DNA of 64,000 nucleotides from a virus: IMG/VR virus record IMGVR_UViG_3300010430_000024, positions 1 to 64,000 of that record, one strand, 5' to 3'. Below are positions 30,272 to 38,754 of this stretch, in pieces (positions within the stretch are counted from its first letter, which is position 1; each line of letters opens with the position of its first letter). A model generated the notes under the pieces. That model had not been told where the DNA came from and searched no databases. It saw only the letters and a list, made by a program, of their open reading frames with translations. The translations under genes were made by a program, and so were the position numbers.

Positions 30272-30678
30272 TAGTCAATCGTCACACTCAGGTCATCAAT
30301 GCCTGCTGGTGCTGCCAGCAGGGTGCCAGTTACCACAGCATCGACTGAGCGCCTGTCTGCTGTGTCCACAACTGTAGCCTTGAACGCATAGGTGCCTGCG
30401 GTTAGGTTGTCCACCACGAACGTCTGAGGGACATCTGAGGCAACTACGACAACAGGGCTATAGTTCGCCCCACCATCAGCACTCATGCTGATCTCAGTTC
30501 CCATGATCTCGCTCACGTCCAATGCTACGCCGTCTTCGCGAGTCGTTGGTAGTGTCCAGTTCAGTGTCGCTCTTCCCATCTCAATCTCCAGTGTCATGTT
30601 ACTGACAGGCATCGGCCTGTCGTTGATAAGTCCCAGCAGCCTCAATAGCCACCGAACAAGTTTTAGCCACCAGCTCAT
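30271..30678 (-). CDS. Fibronectin type III-like protein
   Basis: ATLNWTLPTTREDG...VDNLTAGTYAFKATVVDT...S...APA pattern. Confidence 0.7.
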   Translation of the reverse strand: MSWWLKLVRWLLRLLGLINDRPMPVSNMTLEIEMGRATLNWTLPTTREDGVALDVSEIMGTEISMSADGGANYSPVVVVASDVPQTFVVDNLTAGTYAFKATVVDTADRRSVDAVVTGTLLAAPAGIDDLSVTID

Positions 30679-31229
30679 GCGCAGTCAGCGACTACCAGTG
30701 GCTTGGGTATTACTCCCGATGACCAGCTCACACTGGTTGTCGGAACTGCATATTTTCCATTTACATTCTGGTTGACGATGCACTCAACATCAGCACTGAC
30801 CGTGCCTACTGGCAGCAACCAAAATCCATTCGCAATCGATACAGGCTGGTACACCATCGCACCCATTGCTGCGGTGAACGTGGTGACCGTTTTCTCTGCC
30901 TTGCCTGAAACTCGCGACTCTTCGCCGTCTGTCGTGTACGACGTTGCCACGTACTGGTAATCACCGGGGAGTTTTCCATTTAAGGTCACTGTCGTGGTCG
31001 CTGGATCGTCAATTTCAGCCACTAACTGCCATATTCGGGTGCCAGCCAGAGTGGTCAGCGGTCCAGCATCAGTGCATTGTTCCTGCCCTGTTGGGTTGGT
31101 CCAGTCCAGTATCACGTCATCAGCAAGTGCTTCCTTGACGCAGTACGCAAAATACAACACCACTCCCACGGCAATCAGGGTTGGAAACCATAGGCTGTCG
31201 AAGAACTTTTTCATGAGCTGCACTGGCAC
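30675..31229 (-). CDS. Secreted/membrane-anchored FN3-like protein
   Basis: N-terminal hydrophobic segment, ALA|D cleavage-like site, VILDWTNP and PGDYQYVATSY...ES. Confidence 0.6.
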   Translation of the reverse strand: MPVQLMKKFFDSLWFPTLIAVGVVLYFAYCVKEALADDVILDWTNPTGQEQCTDAGPLTTLAGTRIWQLVAEIDDPATTTVTLNGKLPGDYQYVATSYTTDGEESRVSGKAEKTVTTFTAAMGAMVYQPVSIANGFWLLPVGTVSADVECIVNQNVNGKYAVPTTSVSWSSGVIPKPLVVADCA

Positions 31230-31665
31230 TCATCAATCCTCAGATCGAGGAACACTGCATCCCATGTGGTCACTGGTGTATCGCAGAACTTGTTGTAGCT
31301 GGCTGCTTCGTTGTGTGCCATGAACCACACCATCAACACCAAGAATGAAATCATGCCAGCAAACATCAGCGGCACCAGTATTCTGTCATCACTTAGTCTC
31401 ATTTCGGCACCTCCAAGCACTGAGCCACAAGCGCATACTTGTAGGTCTGTTTCGCCTTCGGGTTTGCTTCAGTCAGGCTCTCTGCTGCTGCCTGACAATC
31501 CTCCATCGTCTTGAAGCCCTCGATCCTCTGTGGATCGGTTACGCCGTTGTTCACCATCACCCAGAACAGCAGTATTACTTTCATCCTCTTCCCCTGTTGA
31601 CAACAGACAGCACTCCGCTTCGTCACATGCGTCACTACACGGAATGCTACCCGTTGCGTAACACA

Positions 31666-32376
31666 TTAGCTGTGATCAGCCTCTGTGGTGTCGCTGTTTA
31701 GGACCACCGAGGATGCAGACTTCAGAGTTTCTTCTGGGTCTACACTGTCAGGGTCCAGTCCAGCATCGTGGTAGAACGACTGTGTTGCTCCTGCTGCCCC
31801 ACCAACGGACGTATTGCAAGCGTACGTCGATGTTGCCTGTGCAAGATTCATCATAGCCGCGCCTCTCAAATTACTTGAGAAGTTCGCCACGTTGCCAATG
31901 CCAAAGTCATAGCCAGCGTTCCACGCTTGTTCACCTTCACCGAGGTATACAAACGTCCAGCCTCTCTTCTTCTCCAGCCTTTTGACCATGTTCTTGATGC
32001 GTTCCTGATTGTATTGACTCGAAGCGTTCTCGTAGCCATCAGTGTGAACAACGAACAGGACCTTAGCTTCTTTCGGAAGACGCTCTTTTGTCTTCTTGAT
32101 CAGCATACCCATTGCGTCGTAAAGCGGAGTACCACCACAAGGCTGGTACTGATCCATCGTCAGCGCGTAGCACTCTTTCACCTTACGGTTTTTGAATACC
32201 TTGCGAAGATATGGAATACCCGGACGTGCATCAAATTTGTAGAGCGAGATAAAGCATCGCTTCGTCTCTTTCTTCAGGTTTGAAACATAGTCGTTGAAGG
32301 AGTCAATCACAGATTTGCGATGACACCCCATGGAACCGCTTTCATCAAGCAGCATTACTACATGCGTTTTTTGCAT
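31666..32376 (-). CDS. von Willebrand factor A domain protein
   Basis: VVMLLDESGSM (MIDAS), GGTPLYDA, TDGYENAS and WTFVYLG. Confidence 0.9.
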   Translation of the reverse strand: MQKTHVVMLLDESGSMGCHRKSVIDSFNDYVSNLKKETKRCFISLYKFDARPGIPYLRKVFKNRKVKECYALTMDQYQPCGGTPLYDAMGMLIKKTKERLPKEAKVLFVVHTDGYENASSQYNQERIKNMVKRLEKKRGWTFVYLGEGEQAWNAGYDFGIGNVANFSSNLRGAAMMNLAQATSTYACNTSVGGAAGATQSFYHDAGLDPDSVDPEETLKSASSVVLNSDTTEADHS

Positions 32377-32707
32377 GGTCATCTCCAGACAGAGACAGCT
32401 TGAACGCTGCCTCAATAGTTGGCAGAGAAGTTATGGCCTCTGCCGTGCCATATCTCTTGACCATCCTACAGACCTCACTGAAGTCCGACATCCGCGTGAA
32501 TCTGTCGTGACTACAACACGACTGCCAGTCTCTTCCCCTGCAAATCTGGTACGCCAGTTGCGACCGTCTTGCAGCAGCACGCACGACCGTTTTCCGGTGG
32601 TGCTGAAGATTCCATTTCGCCATGCCATGGAGCTTGCTTTCTTCCTTTCGGATGGTCCTCGCCTCATCAGCGAGGTTCTTGATTTTGATCTTGAGTTCAA
32701 TGCTCAT
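32345..32707 (-). CDS. Hypothetical phage protein
   Basis: 120 aa. LKIKIKNLADEARTIRKEE...HR..VVR..AR...LAY. Confidence 0.6.
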   Translation of the reverse strand: MSIELKIKIKNLADEARTIRKEESKLHGMAKWNLQHHRKTVVRAAARRSQLAYQICRGRDWQSCCSHDRFTRMSDFSEVCRMVKRYGTAEAITSLPTIEAAFKLSLSGDDHAKNACSNAA

Positions 32708-32931
32708 TTTAATGTCCCTTGATAGATTAAAGTTTTTAGCGTTTTTCTTTAATCTGGGACGGGCGGCGCTCTACATTCAGTTCATCTCTGTATCCTCAGT
32801 TGTAAGTACCGCCGATAAGGGGTGCACTACCACCCCTCATCGACTTGAGGGCATCATCACCCCCTTACGGACATTCTATTTTTTTCTCGGAGCTGAATGT
32901 CTAAGGCGCTCCACTTCGGTGTACACGGATT

Positions 32932-33007
32932 TGGACCCGCTGCCGGGAGTCGAACCCGGTCTCTCCGCTTTGAAAGGCGTTGACACTCCACAGTGCCTTC
33001 AGCGAGT
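32932..33007 (-). tRNA. Atypical tRNA-like gene, Glu(TTC)-like with an 8-nt anticodon loop
   Basis: Acceptor CTCGCTG/CAGCGGG-T-CCA; T arm CCGGG-TTCGACT-CCCGG; D arm GGCACT-GTGG-AGTGTC; anticodon arm CGC-CTTTCAAA-GCG. Confidence 0.65.
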
Positions 33008-33058
33008 TAATGTACTTTGTACTTTACCACATAGTGTGAACTAATTCACACTATCTGA

Positions 33059-33370
33059 TCATTGTCCTGCCATGATCCTGAGTATCTCTTTGGTGTCCTC
33101 TTCGACAAGTTCAACCTGCTCACTGACACGTCCGATCTCAGTCCTCGCTCCAGTGATTGCGTTCGTGTTCGTTTGGATTGCGCCAGTCATCTGCACGATG
33201 GCTGGTTGCTCCAGTGTCTGTGTCTTGATGGCTTTGGATATCTTCGCATCCAACCATAGCTCGCTGTAGCCAAACATCAGCCCAACAACCACACCATAAA
33301 TAGGCCAACCCTTGATCATCATCTTGATGATCTCAGCCAGCCTGTCTACTGCTTGATCTTCGTTGCTCAT
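33059..33370 (-). CDS. Membrane-anchored coiled-coil protein
   Basis: 103 aa; one TM segment followed by heptads. Confidence 0.55.
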   Translation of the reverse strand: MSNEDQAVDRLAEIIKMMIKGWPIYGVVVGLMFGYSELWLDAKISKAIKTQTLEQPAIVQMTGAIQTNTNAITGARTEIGRVSEQVELVEEDTKEILRIMAGQ

Positions 33371-34302
33371 TCATCAGGTTCCTTGTCTTCCCCTTTGTTA
33401 TAACGAGCATCGAGACGGCGCTTAAATTGTGCGCGGATATCGGATTGCTTTTTCTCTTCAGCTTCCTGCGCGGCCCGAAGAGCTGCCGCTTCCTGCTTTA
33501 GTCGATCAATGTCTTCATCGTCAGTCTCGTGCTTTGCTATCTCCAGCTTCAGCTCTTCAATTAAGCTCTGCTGTTGGGAGTGACGATACTCACCAAGCTC
33601 GACAGCTTCCTCAAACTCTTCTTTCTGCACTGCTTGTGCCATTAGGTCACTGTACTCAGCCTCATCTATCTGGATCATCCCAGTAGGCACTGGTGCTGGT
33701 TGGATGGGTTCGGGTTCAGGGGCGATGGTCGGCATCTCTATGCGCCGACTCCCACCAAACTCAAACCCAAAGCTACCTCGTACTGCTGTCTCGTCACCAG
33801 CTCTACCGACTGATAGTGTCAGTGCAGAGTTGCGTTCGTTATCGAACATGTACGCATAGCCAACACCAACACCTGTCGTGTTGTTGATTTTTGCCCCACT
33901 AAAGGTAATGCGCTGAGTCTGGTCCTGCGGCAAAAATACCTGCATGGCTGTCTGTGCTGCTAACGCATCACGTGCTGACTGAATCCATTTATTGTGGATG
34001 TTGAATGTGTTGTTGGTGTTAGTGATCCACTCTGTTGGAACCACACCATCCTTGCCGTCAATGCCGTCGCGTCCGTCTTTACCATCAATGCCATCAATAC
34101 CGTCAATGCCGTCGCGTCCGTCCTGCCCATCAGCACCATCAGCACCATCAGCGCCATCCTCGCCTTCATAGCCGCAACCATGCTCCAAGAATCGTGGGTG
34201 GTCACACTCTTCCCAGTCTGTTGCGTACGCTGCTGACGTGGTAAACATAAACCACGCAACCAACATCAACGCGCCGAGACTAAGCCCCGTCGTCGTCTTC
34301 AT
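33367..34302 (-). CDS. Signal peptide + collagen-like repeats + YadA-type trimeric autotransporter anchor + C-terminal coiled coil
   Basis: GADGADGQDGRDGIDG repeats; ALAAQTAM...GVGVGYAY...LTLSVG...VRGSFGFEF. Start uncertain (34302-34365). Confidence 0.6.
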   Translation of the reverse strand: MKTTTGLSLGALMLVAWFMFTTSAAYATDWEECDHPRFLEHGCGYEGEDGADGADGADGQDGRDGIDGIDGIDGKDGRDGIDGKDGVVPTEWITNTNNTFNIHNKWIQSARDALAAQTAMQVFLPQDQTQRITFSGAKINNTTGVGVGYAYMFDNERNSALTLSVGRAGDETAVRGSFGFEFGGSRRIEMPTIAPEPEPIQPAPVPTGMIQIDEAEYSDLMAQAVQKEEFEEAVELGEYRHSQQQSLIEELKLEIAKHETDDEDIDRLKQEAAALRAAQEAEEKKQSDIRAQFKRRLDARYNKGEDKEPDE

Positions 34303-34419
34303 CAATCCCGTCATCATCAAAGTCCTCGTCGTATTGATAGCACTGTGCAGTCGCCAGCACCTCAATAAGTTTCTCCAACGCTGGGCTTACCTCCAGCTTT
34401 ATCGTTATCGTCACATCGC

Positions 34420-34656
34420 TCATACGAGACGTTCCTGAACGCCTTCATACTGAAGGTGGTTGTCCACCTTCTCGCGACTCACGAACTCGTGCTTCCACAG
34501 TTTCCTCAGCGCCTTCTGGGCTGAGCTGTAGCTCGTCCGATACCTTGTCGTCGCTCCCCGTATGGTCAACTTCATACCGGGCGTTAAGTCCTGAATAATC
34601 TGATCCTCTATCGCCATCAGTCCATCCTCCGATGCTTGATTCTGGCAGCTGCACAA
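34420..34656 (-). CDS. Small winged-helix-like protein
   Basis: LTIR......TSYSSAQKALRKL....FVSREK. Confidence 0.45.
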   Translation of the reverse strand: MCSCQNQASEDGLMAIEDQIIQDLTPGMKLTIRGATTRYRTSYSSAQKALRKLWKHEFVSREKVDNHLQYEGVQERLV

Positions 34657-34974
34657 AGCGGTAAAACTCCAGCAGTGGCAGGGTTATAAATTTGCGCTCG
34701 CCACTGGTTAGTTCAACCCTGACCCATAAAATCTGAGGGTTCGGCACAGCGCCCTTTGGATATACCAAGTCGCAGGATGTCACCTGCTCAGCACCAAAGG
34801 CTTGGTGCCGACATAACTCGTCAAGTTTGATTGTGTACCCGGTCAAGGATGCCCACCAGTGAACGCTGTCATCAGCGCTGGAACAAATATCATGCCCAGT
34901 ATCAACAATACTAAGCCAGCAATGAGCCACTTAAATCCTGTTCGCATAGTTTTTCTCCTGATAAACCAGTGTAC

Positions 34975-35214
34975 TTAGTTTGGCACGACTATTCCAGATG
35001 GCTTGTCCTTGACCTGCTCCTTGAGTGCCGCTCTGGCTTCATCCTCGAACGTGCTTCGCAGGATCGTCAGGAACTTGTACACCGTGTACTGAGCCTCGGT
35101 CAGGTCTTCCACGTCCTCTGGTAAAAGCTCTCCCTCTGGTAACCCAAAGTCAGCGCCATACTCCAGAGCGTCCTGCCCCTCTACATCCTTCACCATCAAA
35201 TAACATTCAGCCAC
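34975..35214 (-). CDS. Hypothetical acidic protein
   Basis: 79 aa, overlapping the terS stop. Confidence 0.5.
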   Translation of the reverse strand: MAECYLMVKDVEGQDALEYGADFGLPEGELLPEDVEDLTEAQYTVYKFLTILRSTFEDEARAALKEQVKDKPSGIVVPN

Positions 35215-35824
35215 TCTTCACCTCTTTGTAGTTTCCTTCGATTGGTGTTGGTTCTGACATGACACCAATCACCGCTGTTCGTAATTTGTCCAGCTGGGCT
35301 GGTGAGGCATTCTTGAATGGATTCTGCTGGTTGCCCACCAACTTCAGCTTGTCATCGAAGATGCCGAAGTGTCTGCCCATGTTCTCCAGTGCCTTCGATT
35401 TGTCTGCCAGCACATACGTGTAGTGCTTGACCCAAATCTTCTGCGGCTTGCCGTCCTCAATGATTGTGATGTCGTGCAGGTTGTATGTGACCTTTTCCAC
35501 GATGGCTCGCTGATCGACTGTCAGCTCATCTGGTGATTTATAGACGAACTCTCCGGGGCAATATTCATCTTCCTTCAGGAAGTCCACCCGGTCGGTGAAT
35601 GCAATCTTCGAGAACTCGTTGATAACATCAGCGGCTGACTTCTCCACTCTCTCATTGACTCTTGCCCTGAGCCGTTTGATCTCAGCGACAATCTCAGGAT
35701 CATCCAGTAAACGATATGCACGCTGCGTAGCGTACTTCTCAGAAAACCCTGCCGCCTTCGCCGCCTGAGTCACGTTGGGGTCTTTCGCATAGAACTGGCA
35801 GAACAATAGTCGTCTTGGTGTCAT
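35207..35824 (-). CDS. terS: Terminase small subunit
   Basis: FCQFY...NVTQAAKAAGFSEKYA...AYRLL..PEI, VINEFSKIAF and DKSKALENMGRHFGIF. Confidence 0.9.
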   Translation of the reverse strand: MTPRRLLFCQFYAKDPNVTQAAKAAGFSEKYATQRAYRLLDDPEIVAEIKRLRARVNERVEKSAADVINEFSKIAFTDRVDFLKEDEYCPGEFVYKSPDELTVDQRAIVEKVTYNLHDITIIEDGKPQKIWVKHYTYVLADKSKALENMGRHFGIFDDKLKLVGNQQNPFKNASPAQLDKLRTAVIGVMSEPTPIEGNYKEVKSG

Positions 35825-35895
35825 GCCTATAGTGTACCTAACCCATTGATAGAGATAAAGTTACCACTGAGTGTGAAATAAATAACAGAAAGGGG

Positions 35896-35923
35896 TTGAC
35901 ATTCCTGTGGAAGTGGTTACAAT
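35896..35923 (+). promoter_or_regulatory. Sigma70-type promoter for tRNA-Tyr and the early operon
   Basis: TTGACA-16 nt-TACAAT, 9 nt before the tRNA. Confidence 0.75.
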
Positions 35924-35932
35924 GCGCAGCAT

Positions 35933-36016
35933 GGAAGCGTTGAGCAACTGGTCGCTCAGCAGACTGTAAATCTGTGCCCTCTGGGATTGTAGGTTCGAAC
36001 CCTACCGCTTCCACCA
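35933..36016 (+). tRNA. tRNA-Tyr(GTA)
   Basis: GGAAGCG/CGCTTCC-A-CCA acceptor; GCAGA-CTGTAAA-TCTGT anticodon arm; long variable arm; GTAGG-TTCGAAC-CCTAC. Confidence 0.92.
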
Positions 36017-36027
36017 AACATAGAGAC

Positions 36028-36123
36028 AGTTGGTCTCGCCGGGTGTACTCCTACCTACTCATAAAAGGAGCCGGGAAGTCTGGGTCAGCCAGAACGTACC
36101 TCCGCGATAGAGGCGAGACCGAT
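36028..36123 (+). ncRNA. Unassigned structured RNA A (multibranch)
   Basis: Closing stem TTGGTCTCGCC/GGCGAGACCGA; internal hairpins CTCCT/AGGAG and TCTGG/CCAGA. Confidence 0.45.
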
Positions 36124-36130
36124 TTTATTT

Positions 36131-36206
36131 TGGGGAGATGTTACTACGTTAGCATCCTCGCGATGGGCGCGGCTCTTGATGCCTCAGCCAAACGAACGTC
36201 TCCCCA
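36131..36206 (+). ncRNA. Unassigned structured RNA B (possible pseudoknot)
   Basis: Closing stem TGGGGAGATGTT/AACGTCTCCCCA followed by a T run; interleaved GCATC/GATGC and GGCT/AGCC. Confidence 0.45.
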
Positions 36207-36252
36207 CTTTTTATATGCCAGCGTTGCGCTGGTTGCTTAACAGGAGAATGTC

Positions 36253-36852
36253 ATGTTGACAGAAGACGACAGGAATAACATAAGGGTTCGCTTTACGAAC
36301 CGATTCAGGGATAAATCCTTTGAGGGTGACCTTCAAGCGGATGTGAACGAAACAGCAGAACTCATTCAGCTGGATCGACGCATCAAGAACCTTGAGGCTG
36401 ACCTGTGGGATGCCCAGCAAGAGAAACACATCGTTAGGCGAGCACACTCTACCGTAATCAATGAAGAGCGTGTCCGAGTTGCCAAAGCTAATCTTGGTGT
36501 TCGCGTTTTCACTGAATCTTTGATTAACGAAGTTCATGCGCGTGCCCAGCAAGTGAAGAAGCTGCGCGGCGAGGACTTGGGCTGGAGAAGCAGGCACGGT
36601 GGTCAGTACCCCACCATTCGTCAGTTCGTAAAAAGCGGTACGTATGGTAACGGCTACCACAATGATCGTGACTTTCACCCCTTGTTTGTAGAGACCCAAT
36701 TGCTGGGCGCTGCCCTCGGAGTAATCAGCCAGAGCACCGCAAAGAAAGATGCCGATCTGTACGATAGGGTTTACACGCACTACACAAAGGTTCGTGCAGA
36801 ACACATCGACATTGGTCAGCCTGTAGACCGTAAGGAGAATGACAATGCCTAG
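36253..36852 (+). CDS. Hypothetical early protein
   Basis: 199 aa with AGGAG RBS. Confidence 0.65.
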   Translation: MLTEDDRNNIRVRFTNRFRDKSFEGDLQADVNETAELIQLDRRIKNLEADLWDAQQEKHIVRRAHSTVINEERVRVAKANLGVRVFTESLINEVHARAQQVKKLRGEDLGWRSRHGGQYPTIRQFVKSGTYGNGYHNDRDFHPLFVETQLLGAALGVISQSTAKKDADLYDRVYTHYTKVRAEHIDIGQPVDRKENDNA

Positions 36853-37489
36853 AGTAACGCACGTAAAAGCAGCACGAAAAGACAACCCTGTCGCGAAGAA
36901 GGGAGAATCATATTACTGGTGGAAGTTCAGGTACGGTGGCAAGCGCTACTCCCTGACTTACCCGAAGGCTTCACAGCTCACCCAGTCAGCCTACTTCGGC
37001 ACGGTGTATTCCATGCAGGAAGAGGTCGAGGCTTGGGAAGGCGAGGACGTGCTTTCGTTCGAGGGGCTGAAGGAAGACATCTTGGGTCAAGTTGAAGAGC
37101 TGCGTGAAGAGACGCAGAGCAGCTTGGACAATATGCCTGACCAGTTGCAGTACTCACCGACAGGCGAGCTGTTACAGGAGCGTGTAGACGCTCTTGATAG
37201 CGCTGAGTCTGACATAGAGTGCATTGATGAGCCTGATGACGCTGAAGAGTTCGACCGTGAAGAGTTCGACCGTGAAGAGTTCGATGGCAGCGATATCGAT
37301 GATGAAGATGATCGACTCGAAGCTGAAGAGGAACACGACGAAGAACAGGACGAGCTGGAGCGTCAGCACGATCAAGAACAGAGTGATCTTGAGGGTGAGC
37401 ACAACGACGAACAGGAGTCTATCTTTAGGGACTGGATAGAAAACGCTAAGTCTGAGCTGACTGATGCACTGGATGGAGCAATCGTATGA
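36839..37489 (+). CDS. Hypothetical early protein with highly acidic insert
   Basis: 216 aa; KGESYYWWKFRYGG N-terminal domain; EEFDR repeats. Confidence 0.7.
   Translation: MTMPRVTHVKAARKDNPVAKKGESYYWWKFRYGGKRYSLTYPKASQLTQSAYFGTVYSMQEEVEAWEGEDVLSFEGLKEDILGQVEELREETQSSLDNMPDQLQYSPTGELLQERVDALDSAESDIECIDEPDDAEEFDREEFDREEFDGSDIDDEDDRLEAEEEHDEEQDELERQHDQEQSDLEGEHNDEQESIFRDWIENAKSELTDALDGAIV
37243..37284 (+). repeat. 15-bp in-frame tandem repeat (~2.8 copies)
   Basis: TGAAGAGTTCGACCG repeated. Confidence 0.85.
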
Positions 37490-37653
37490 TGACACTTGAG
37501 AGCATGACAAACGAAGACCTGCGCTGGTTCATTATGCGAGCTAAGCAGAACGTAAAGACCAACCCAAAGAATGGGTGGGAGCGCAGGTTGCGTGAATTGC
37601 GTCAGGAGCAGAAACGAAGAGTGATTTCGTAGCGACTCCACTGGAGGTGGGGC

Positions 37654-37682
37654 TTGACACCACCTCCAGAGTCAGGTATACT
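37654..37682 (+). promoter_or_regulatory. Sigma70-type promoter with -35 box inside an inverted repeat
   Basis: TTGACA-17 nt-TATACT; CTGGAGGTGG/CCACCTCCAG flanks the -35 box. Confidence 0.7.
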
Positions 37683-37693
37683 GTCTGTTGTAA

Positions 37694-37981
37694 ATGGAGA
37701 AAGCTATGTACCAACTGATGGATTACTTTTCAGACCACGGTCACAAGACCGTGTTGGTCGGCCCAAAGGGCAGGAAGCTGATGCCCATCCTTGTGATGGA
37801 GTCCAGCGGCCTGACAGTAAAGAAGGTTCCTCTCACTGAAGAGCGCTTCCTTACTGAGATACCTCTGCCCCCAAGGTCAAGAGGAATTAGCACCGTCGCC
37901 AAAAGATTCAAGGCGTTCGGTAACAGAAATGGAATGACTAAAGCAGCCAAGTCTTTCCTGAAAAACGTATCGGCTGCATAA
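37694..37981 (+). CDS. Hypothetical early protein
   Basis: 95 aa downstream of the promoter. Confidence 0.6.
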   Translation: MEKAMYQLMDYFSDHGHKTVLVGPKGRKLMPILVMESSGLTVKKVPLTEERFLTEIPLPPRSRGISTVAKRFKAFGNRNGMTKAAKSFLKNVSAA

Positions 37982-37994
37982 CTGGAGAAACACA

Positions 37995-38216
37995 ATGTCA
38001 CTTATTACTTTAACGGCAATAGCAAAAGTCCTGAAAGAATCAGGCGTAACTGCTGACGACATCCTTGGTGAGGCTGGTTTGTCTCGCGAAGAAGCTGTCG
38101 CAGCTCTGTCCGAAGAGCTTGGCATCAAGGCACCTGAAGGTGCTGTCGAGGTCACTGACGCTGAGGTCAGAACAGTTCGTGAAGCTCTCGCCATTCAGAC
38201 GCGAATCTTCTCCTAA
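37995..38216 (+). CDS. Hypothetical early protein
   Basis: 73 aa with GGAG RBS. Confidence 0.6.
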   Translation: MSLITLTAIAKVLKESGVTADDILGEAGLSREEAVAALSEELGIKAPEGAVEVTDAEVRTVREALAIQTRIFS

Positions 38217-38221
38217 CTTGA

Positions 38222-38241
38222 TGGGGAGGTTCGCCTCCCCA
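38222..38241 (+). terminator. Hairpin/terminator copy 1
   Basis: GGGGAGG-TTCG-CCTCCCC; identical core at 39907-39924. Confidence 0.6.
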
Positions 38242-38446
38242 CTCTTTAAAGGGTGAGACATGAGTGATCCAACACTTGAAGACACATGGACAGTTTTCTG
38301 TCCACATTGCGGCGCTGATCCTATGGAGGTTTGCAAACCTATGGGGCATGGCTCAGATATGTCATCCCATTCTCTGCGGTGGAAGGCGCTGAAAAGGCAA
38401 CGCATAGCCGCTGCTGATAAGGAGGTGAGTGATGCAGGAGACGATT

Positions 38447-38686
38447 ATGAACGACTGTAAATGGTATGGAATGCACCAACGCGATAACCGCATCTGGCTG
38501 AAGCGCTTCATGAAGCACTTCGGATTGACCAGACCGCACATCGCCGCATTCGTAGAGGTAAACATCAGCACCGTAGATCGATGGCTGACACCAGAGGACG
38601 CAAAGAGCCACAGAGCCATGCCCAACATGGCACGAAAGCTGCTGTTCTCTTTGGTCGAAACTGGAGACATCAAAGAAAAGACTTGA
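38447..38686 (+). CDS. Small HTH DNA-binding protein
   Basis: LKRFMKHFGLTRPHIAAFVEVNISTVDRWL. Confidence 0.7.
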   Translation: MNDCKWYGMHQRDNRIWLKRFMKHFGLTRPHIAAFVEVNISTVDRWLTPEDAKSHRAMPNMARKLLFSLVETGDIKEKT

Positions 38687-38710
38687 CTTCCAATGGAAGT
38701 TACCTATAAT
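38683..38710 (+). promoter_or_regulatory. Sigma70-type promoter with palindrome in the spacer
   Basis: TTGACT-16 nt-TATAAT; ACTTCC-AAT-GGAAGT. Confidence 0.75.
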
Positions 38711-38754
38711 ACGCACATCAAGTCCGGTTGTCGGGCTTGCAATTGGAGAAAATT

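Noticed and set aside
32932-33007. tRNA-Sec or opal suppressor (TCA in loop, 6-bp D stem)
   Set aside because: No long variable arm, no G73, and poor anticodon stem in that register; no sign of TGA read-through.
747-35231. Numerous plus-strand ORFs across the structural arm
   Set aside because: Antisense shadows of long minus-strand genes, without RBS or motifs.
36028-36206. Hammerhead, twister or pistol ribozyme
   Set aside because: Conserved catalytic cores (e.g. CUGAnGA/GAAA) not found by eye.
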